Virus record (IMG/VR): IMGVR_UViG_2541047938_000002
Source of the DNA: a virus
Lineage: Duplodnaviria > Heunggongvirae > Uroviricota > Caudoviricetes
Length of the DNA stretch: 12,906 nt
Direction: 5' to 3' (one strand)
A program made the translations under genes and the position numbers. The stretch's first letter is position 1. Each line of letters starts with the position of its first letter. This document shows positions 7,296-12,906 of the stretch, one piece after another. The notes beneath the pieces are model-generated. The model ran no database searches and was not told the DNA's origin. It worked only from the letters and a program-made list of their open reading frames with translations.

Positions 7296-8163
7296 GCACT
7301 CATTTGGGAATGCAATAGGGAAACCCATCACCGCATTTCTCGGTGGCGTGGTGGAAGGATTCAAAGCGGCGGCAGGTCCCATCAGTGCTGCATTCGAACC
7401 ACTTAAGCCTGTGTTTCAGTGGATTGGCGACAAAGTACAGGCGCTGTGGGGCTGGTTTACTGATCTGCTGACGCCCGTTAAGTCGACCTCTGCCGAACTG
7501 CAGAGTGCAGCGGCAATGGGGCGACGATTCGGGGAGGCACTGGCGGAAGGGCTGAATATGGTCATGCATCCGCTGGACTCCCTGAAATCCGGCGTTTCCT
7601 GGTTGCTGGAGAAGCTCGGCATTGTCAGTAAAGAGGCCGCAAAGGCAAAACTGCCGGAAAGCGTGACGCGTCAGCAACCTGCGACGGTGAATGCAGACGG
7701 TAAAGTGATGATGCCATTGGGTGGTTTTCCATCATGGGGATATGGCTTTGCGGGGATGTATGACAGCGGCGGGTATATCCCGCGCGGGCAGTTTGGCATC
7801 GTCGGTGAAAACGGGCCGGAAATTGTTAACGGCCCGGCAAATGTGACCAGCCGGAGAAATACCGCTGCACTGGCTGCCGTTGTTGCCGGAATGATGGGCG
7901 TTGCTGCCGCGCCTGCAGAGCTTCCACCGTTGCACCCTTTGGCACTTCCCGCGAAAGGCGGCGAAGCGATGGTGAGTCGTGCAGCCACTGTGCCGCCCGT
8001 TCAACGGATTGAGGCACCGATGCAGATCATCATTCAGACGCAGCCAGGACAAAGTGCGCAGGATATTGCGCGGGAGGTGGCCCGCCAGCTTGATGAACGT
8101 GAACGCAGGCTGAAAGCAAAAGCCAGGAGTAACTACAGCGATCAGGGGGGATACGACGCATGA
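7294..8163 (+). pseudogene. T: Tail tape-measure protein (gpT family), C-terminal ~289 aa only
   Basis: The frame opens at ATG 7294 exactly at the junction with the inverted fibre fragment. Contains GIVGENGPE and Gly/Ala-rich segments typical of P2-family tape-measure C-termini; these proteins are about 800 aa. Stop overlaps the U start (ATGA). Confidence 0.7.
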
Positions 8164-8645
8164 TGATGGTGCTGGGATTGTACGTGTTTATGCTGCGCAC
8201 CGTGCCGTATCAGGAGCTGCAGTATCAACGCAGCTGGCGACATGCGGCAAACAGCCGGGTAAACCGACGTCCGTCCACGCAGTTTCTGGGACCGGACAAC
8301 GACATGCTGACGCTTTCCGGTGTTCTTATGCCGGAGATAACAGGTGGCAGGCTGTCGTTGCTGGCACTGGAGCAGATGGCAGAACAGGGGAAAGCATGGC
8401 CCCTGATTGAAGGCAGCGGCACGATTTATGGCATGTATGTGATTGAGGGACTGAATCAGACTAAAACGGAGTTTTTCCGCGACGGTATGCCGCGCCGGAT
8501 TGAGTTCACCCTGTCGCTCAAACGGGTGGATGAATCCCTGTCCGATATGTTCGGTGATCTCAGTGCGCAACTGAATAATCTGCAGGAAACGGCAACGTCT
8601 GCCTTAAGCGATATCAGTAAAACGGTGGGAGGGCTGCTGTCGTGA
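8160..8645 (+). CDS. U: Tail protein gpU (161 aa)
   Basis: ATG 8160 with G-rich SD. Position between T and D and resemblance to P2 gpU; stop overlaps the D start (GTGA). Confidence 0.8.
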   Translation: MMMVLGLYVFMLRTVPYQELQYQRSWRHAANSRVNRRPSTQFLGPDNDMLTLSGVLMPEITGGRLSLLALEQMAEQGKAWPLIEGSGTIYGMYVIEGLNQTKTEFFRDGMPRRIEFTLSLKRVDESLSDMFGDLSAQLNNLQETATSALSDISKTVGGLLS

Positions 8646-9742
8646 ATTTCAGCTCTGAACTGCTTAACAAAGGCAACAAAACTCCCGCATTCAGCATCAG
8701 TATTGAGGGCAGGGATATCACCACTGTGCTGGATAACCGCCTGATGAGTTTGACGCTGACGGATAACCGGGGCTTTGAAGCGGACCAGCTTGATCTGGAG
8801 CTGGATGACGCTGACGGAAAAATCGTGCTGCCGCGCCGTGGTGCGGTCATTACGCTGGCGCTGGGCTGGAAGGGGCAGCCGCTTTTCCCTAAAGGGGCAT
8901 TCACAGTGGACGAGATTGAACACACTGGCGCACCGGACCGCCTGACTATCCGGGCGCGAAGTGCTGATTTTCGGGAAACGCTGAATACCCGCCGTGAAAA
9001 ATCGTGGCATAAGACCACCGTCGGGGAAGTGGTGAAGGAAATAGCCGCGCGGCACAAGCTGAAGATGGCACTGGGTAAAGACCTGTCGGATAAGCCCGTG
9101 GAGCATATAGACCAGACTAATGAGAGTGACGGCAGTTTTCTGATGCGGCTGGCGAGACAGTACGGTGCCATCGCGTCGGTGAAAAATGGCAATCTGTTAT
9201 TCATCCGGCAGGGGCAGGGCAAAAGCGCCACTGGTAAACCTCTGCCAGTGATCACTATCACACGTAAGGACGGCGACAGTCACCGCTTTACCCTGGCGGA
9301 TCGCGGAGCTTACACGGGTGTAATTGCCAGCTGGTTGCATACCCGCGAACCCGCGAAGAAAGAAAGCACCACGGTGAAGCGTAAGCGCAGGACTAAGAAG
9401 CAGAAGAAAGAGCCGGAAGCGAAGCAGGGCGATTACCTGGTGGGGACGGATGAAAACGTGCTGGTACTTAATCGCACCTATGCTAATCGGAGTAACGCCG
9501 AACGGGCAGCGAAAATGCAGTGGGAACGCCTGCAACGCGGTGTTGCGTCATTCTCGCTACAACTGGCGGAAGGTCGGGCGGATCTCTACACGGAAATGCC
9601 TGTGAAGGTCAGCGGCTTTAAACAGCCGATAGATGATGCGGAATGGACCATTACCACCCTGACACATACCGTCAGCCCGGATAACGGTTTTACGACCAGT
9701 ATGGAGCTTGAAGTGAGGATTGATGATTTCGAAATGGAATGA
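8642..9742 (+). CDS. D: Tail protein gpD / late control protein D (366 aa)
   Basis: GTG 8642 with GGTGGGAGGG SD. Position immediately upstream of ogr and resemblance to P2 gpD. Confidence 0.8.
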   Translation: MNFSSELLNKGNKTPAFSISIEGRDITTVLDNRLMSLTLTDNRGFEADQLDLELDDADGKIVLPRRGAVITLALGWKGQPLFPKGAFTVDEIEHTGAPDRLTIRARSADFRETLNTRREKSWHKTTVGEVVKEIAARHKLKMALGKDLSDKPVEHIDQTNESDGSFLMRLARQYGAIASVKNGNLLFIRQGQGKSATGKPLPVITITRKDGDSHRFTLADRGAYTGVIASWLHTREPAKKESTTVKRKRRTKKQKKEPEAKQGDYLVGTDENVLVLNRTYANRSNAERAAKMQWERLQRGVASFSLQLAEGRADLYTEMPVKVSGFKQPIDDAEWTITTLTHTVSPDNGFTTSMELEVRIDDFEME

Positions 9743-9832
9743 TTCTTCGCAATGGAGAACTTTTAAGTTTGCAAAATGGAATAATACGGTATCATTGTTG
9801 TGAATTTAGCAAAAATGGGGAGAACTCGAAAA

Positions 9833-10051
9833 ATGATGATTTGCCCACTGTGTGGAAGTGCCGCCCATACTCGCAGCAGTTTTCAGGTATCTTCATTGAC
9901 CAAAGAGCGTTACAACCAGTGCCAGAACATTAACTGCAGCCATACTTTTGTTACCCATGAAACTTTTGTTCGTTCGATTGCAACGCCAAAAGAGTCAAAT
10001 CCGGTTCAGCCGCATCCAATGAAATCAGGACAGGTGGCGCTCTCTCTTTGA
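9833..10051 (+). CDS. ogr: Ogr/Delta-family zinc-finger late transcription activator (72 aa)
   Basis: Track ORF 9800..10051; preferred ATG 9833 (MMICPLCGSAAH…) giving 72 aa, as in P2 Ogr. Zinc-finger motif C-x2-C-x22-C-x4-C; GGGGAGA about 10 nt upstream. Confidence 0.9.
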   Translation: MMICPLCGSAAHTRSSFQVSSLTKERYNQCQNINCSHTFVTHETFVRSIATPKESNPVQPHPMKSGQVALSL

Positions 10052-10073
10052 CGCTGCCGCCATTTTGTCGCCA
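10052..10073. repeat. Candidate attR core (right copy of the direct repeat)
   Basis: CGCTGCCGCCATTTTGTCGCCA begins at the base after the ogr stop codon and matches 19-40 at 21/22 positions. Confidence 0.55.
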
Positions 10074-10127
10074 TCGTTAAAAAACAGTGTTTCTAACATC
10101 ATGATTTTAAACAGCTTAAATTTCAGG

Positions 10128-10174
10128 CAACAAAAAACCCATCAACCTTGAACCGAAATGGCGGGGTTGATGGG
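10128..10174 (-). terminator. Rho-independent terminator downstream of ybjL (host side of attR)
   Basis: 10-bp GC-rich stem (10138-10147 pairs with 10165-10174), 17-nt loop, then TTTTTTGTTG on the minus strand (plus A-run 10132-10137); 113 nt after the ybjL stop. Confidence 0.55.
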
Positions 10175-10286
10175 CTCCACAAAATGGGGACATCAAAGAA
10201 AAGCAGTGGCACTAATTAAGACTGATGCCCTGCGGAAAAGTTCTGCGGTTGTGCAAAAAAATTTCATTTTCAGGGCAACTTCAGTT

Positions 10287-11972
10287 TTATCCTAATCCTG
10301 GCCATACCATGACGATGATTGTCCCTGCCAGCGTCAGCAGGACGTTGGCGATTGCATAGGTGCCCGCATAGCCCAGCGCCGGGATGTTACTGCGAGCTGT
10401 ATCACTGATGATCTCCATTGCCGGCGCGCAGGTACGTGCGCCCATCATTGCGCCGAACAACAGCGCGCGGTTCATTCGCAATACATAAGCACCGAACAAG
10501 AAACAGATAACCACGGGCACCAGACTGACAATCAATCCGGCAATCAACATCTGACCGCCAATCGCGCCCAGGCCGTTATTAATACCGCTACCGGCGCTCA
10601 GACCAACGCCTGCCATAAACACCATCAAGCCGAACTCTTTCACCATGCTTAATGCACCCTGCGGAATGTAACCGAAGGTCGGGTGGTTAGCACGCATAAA
10701 GCCCAGCATAATTCCGGCGAATAACAACCCGGCAGCGTTCCCCATGCCGAAACTGAATGTGCTGAACTGGAAGGTGATCATCCCGATCATCAGCCCAATA
10801 ACAAAGAAGGCGCAGAATGCCAGCAGGTCAGTGACCTGGCTGTGAATCGAGATAAAGCCGATGCGATCGGCGATGGTTTTTACGCGGCGGGCATCGCCGC
10901 TGACTTGTAAAACGTCACCTTTGTTAAGCACGACGTTGTCATCTATCGGCATCTCAATCTGGCTACGAATGACGCGGTTAAGGAAGCAACCGTGATCGGT
11001 CAACTTCAGTTGTGCGAGACGTTTACCTACAGCGTTATGGTTTTTAACGACCACTTCTTCAGTGACGATACGCATGTCGAGAAGGTCACGATCGAAAACT
11101 TCTTTACCGTTACGGAAGCTGGGATCGAGTCGGGCATGGGCGTCGGGATAGCCTACCAACGCTATTTCATCGCCCATTTGTAGCACGGCATCACCGTCTG
11201 GATTTGCCAGAATCCCGTTACGTCGAATACGTTCAATGTAGCAGCCGGTTTGTCGATAAATACCCAGTTCACGCAGATTTTTGCCGTCGGTCCAGGCCAC
11301 CAGTTCCGGGCCGACGCGATAGGCGCGGATCACCGGTAAATAAACCTTACGGTTGGCATCAGTGTCCAGGCCACGTTCGCGGGCGATTTGCTGGGCGCTG
11401 GTCTGTAAGTCCTGATGCTGCAATTTCGGCAAGTAACGCGCACCAACAATCAAACTCACCAGACCGATTAAATAGGTTAAGGCATACCCGAGGCTCAGAT
11501 TATCCAGTGCCAGTGAGAGCTGCCTGCTTTCCATGCCGGAATGACGCAGTGTATCGCCAGCACCGACCAGAACCGGTGTCGACGTCATAGAGCCTGCTAA
11601 CATACCGGCCGTCAGGCCAATATCCCAGCCAAACAGCTTACCTAACCCTAAGGCGATCACCAGCGCACTGCCAACCATCACCAGTGCTAACATTAGGTAA
11701 TTTTTCCCATCGCGAAAAAAAATGGAAAAAAAGTTCGGTCCGGCTTCGACCCCGACGCAGAAAATAAACAGCATAAAGCCAAGATTAAGCGCATCGGTGT
11801 TAATGCTGAAATGTTGTTGGCCTAATAACAGCGATACGACTAAAACGCCAATGGAATTACCCAGTTGGATCGAACCAAGTCGTAACTTTCCGAGACATAG
11901 CCCAAGCGCGAGGACCACAAATAATAACAGAATGTAATTCCCATTTAACAATTCGGCGACGTTTATATTCAC
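10287..11972 (-). CDS. ybjL: Putative AAE-family transporter YbjL (561 aa)
   Basis: Full-length ORF whose sequence ([24 protein letters not shown]…) I recognise as E. coli YbjL; GTG start at 11972; neighbours ybjM and grxA as in E. coli. Confidence 0.9.
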
Positions 11973-12241
11973 GGAGGCTAACTTCTTGTTTACTAGTAAG
12001 CTGTTGAAAGAAATGGTAATTTACGATAATGTTTTTTACCAGAATTCAGGGCGCAGATTCATTCAGCGCACCTAAACGATAGTAAAGTAACAATATATTT
12101 TACTAGTGTAATCACATTAGGTATCAACGGCTATATGAATTGCGTTGGCCTATATTAGCATGGAATGCGAAGCGGCTTTATCTTACTGAACGCCACACTG
12201 GCGAAAAATGTGTTCGATAGACGCAGTGTCAGGAGGAACGA

Positions 12242-12619
12242 GTGAAACATAAACAACGTTGGGCGGGGGCAATCTGCTGTTTTGTCCTCTTCATTGTGGT
12301 GTGCCTTTTTCTGGCGACGCACATGAAAGGCGCTTTTCGGGCTGCCGGGCATCCTGAAATCGGCTTGCTATTTTTCATTCTTCCTGGAGCAGTCGCCAGC
12401 TTCTTTTCACAGCGTAGAGAAGTCCTGAAACCTCTGTTTGGCGCAATGCTGGCGGCACCCTGTTCGATGCTCATTATGCGGCTGTTTTTTTCACCGACGC
12501 GCTCATTCTGGCAAGAGCTGGCATGGTTACTAAGCGCGGTGTTCTGGTGTGCGCTGGGGGCACTGTGTTTCTTATTTATCAGTAGTTTGTTTAAACCACA
12601 GCACAGAAAAAATCAGTAA
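12242..12619 (+). CDS. ybjM: Inner-membrane protein YbjM (125 aa)
   Basis: GTG 12242 with AGGAGGA SD; hydrophobic multi-pass sequence; divergent from ybjL and convergent with grxA, as in E. coli. Confidence 0.85.
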   Translation: MKHKQRWAGAICCFVLFIVVCLFLATHMKGAFRAAGHPEIGLLFFILPGAVASFFSQRREVLKPLFGAMLAAPCSMLIMRLFFSPTRSFWQELAWLLSAVFWCALGALCFLFISSLFKPQHRKNQ

Positions 12620-12639
12620 AGCCCTCAACGCGAGGGCTT
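12619..12639 (-). terminator. Hairpin between convergent ybjM and grxA, probable grxA terminator
   Basis: Stem AAGCCCTC/GAGGGCTT with loop AACGC. On the minus strand a T6 run follows 6 nt after the stem; no U-tract on the plus strand. Confidence 0.4.
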
Positions 12640-12648
12640 GTCAGACGA

Positions 12649-12906
12649 TCAGGCGTCCAGATTTTCTTTCACCCATGCAGCAAAATCGGTATAGCCGCCG
12701 ATATGTTGCTGATCGACAAAAATCTGCGGCACGGTTTCTACGGGTTTACCTGCCTTTTGTTGTAGATCTTCTTTAGTGATCCCTTCCGCACGAATATCTA
12801 CATACTGATACTGAAAATCATCGCGTTCATTGCTCAATTTCTCAGCCAGATCTTTTGCACGCACACAGTAAGGGCAACCCGAACGACCAAAAATAACGGT
12901 TTGCAT
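12649..12906 (-). CDS. grxA: Glutaredoxin 1 (85 aa)
   Basis: MQTVIFGRSGCPYCVRAKDL… with the CPYC active site; recognised as E. coli GrxA. ATG at 12906-12904 at the window edge. Confidence 0.95.
   Translation of the reverse strand: MQTVIFGRSGCPYCVRAKDLAEKLSNERDDFQYQYVDIRAEGITKEDLQQKAGKPVETVPQIFVDQQHIGGYTDFAAWVKENLDA

Larger units (their letters stand above)
19..10073. mobile_element. Defective P2/186-like prophage (int ... ogr), bounded by att-like direct repeats
   Basis: Gene order int-cI-apl-cII-early ORFs-dam-A'-O-T'-U-D-ogr is that of an integrated P2-family genome with large internal deletions. Flanked by 21/22-bp direct repeats; host genes ybjL/ybjM/grxA follow on the right. Confidence 0.8.

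Noticed and set aside
7300-9535. Multiple minus-strand ORFs of 63-216 aa antisense to T', U and D
   Set aside because: They fall entirely within better-supported plus-strand tail genes in a GC-rich region and have no SD or recognisable motifs; typical antisense open frames.
9739-9933. 64-aa ORF and the GTG-9800 extension overlapping the ogr start
   Set aside because: Frame conflicts with the conserved 72-aa Ogr starting at ATG 9833; no independent support.
10052-10286. Possible tRNA or tmRNA integration target at attR
   Set aside because: No cloverleaf-compatible sequence or CCA-end features found by eye; the region instead contains the ybjL terminator.
10992-12474. ORFs antisense to ybjL and ybjM (10992..11183, 11204..11590, 11722..11937, 12155..12352, 12229..12474)
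   Set aside because: Overlap conserved host membrane-protein genes on the opposite strand; no support.
1-12906. CRISPR arrays, IS elements or rRNA genes
   Set aside because: No regularly spaced direct repeats, no transposase-like ORFs with terminal inverted repeats, and no rRNA-like sequence were seen.

Overview
The window holds a ~10 kb defective P2/186-family prophage (about 19..10073) inserted beside an E. coli-type host locus, ybjL(-), ybjM(+), grxA(-), at 10287..12906. The element runs from int (abutting the left window edge) to ogr, and is bracketed by a 21/22-bp direct repeat that I read as the attL/attR cores. The lysogeny and early module looks intact: int, a small secreted Cys-containing ORF, a 186-type cI, apl/cox-like, cII, three small early ORFs, a TraR/DksA-like zinc finger and a Dam methyltransferase. 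Replication gene A appears truncated just before where the catalytic HUH region should be. The morphogenesis module is gutted: only scaffold gene O (altered C-terminus), an inverted scrap of tail-fibre plus tail-fibre-assembly gene, the C-terminal third of the tape measure, gpU and gpD remain, followed by an intact ogr. The 158-bp linker between truncated A and O carries two TGT-N12-ACA Ogr-type boxes and a 13-nt match to the P2/186/P4 cohesive-end core as I remember it. No tRNA, rRNA, CRISPR array or IS element was seen. Most exciting candidate: the element may be a P4-like satellite or domesticated mini-prophage rather than inert debris; this is unproven. All homology statements rest on my recollection of protein families and sequence reading, not on database searches.
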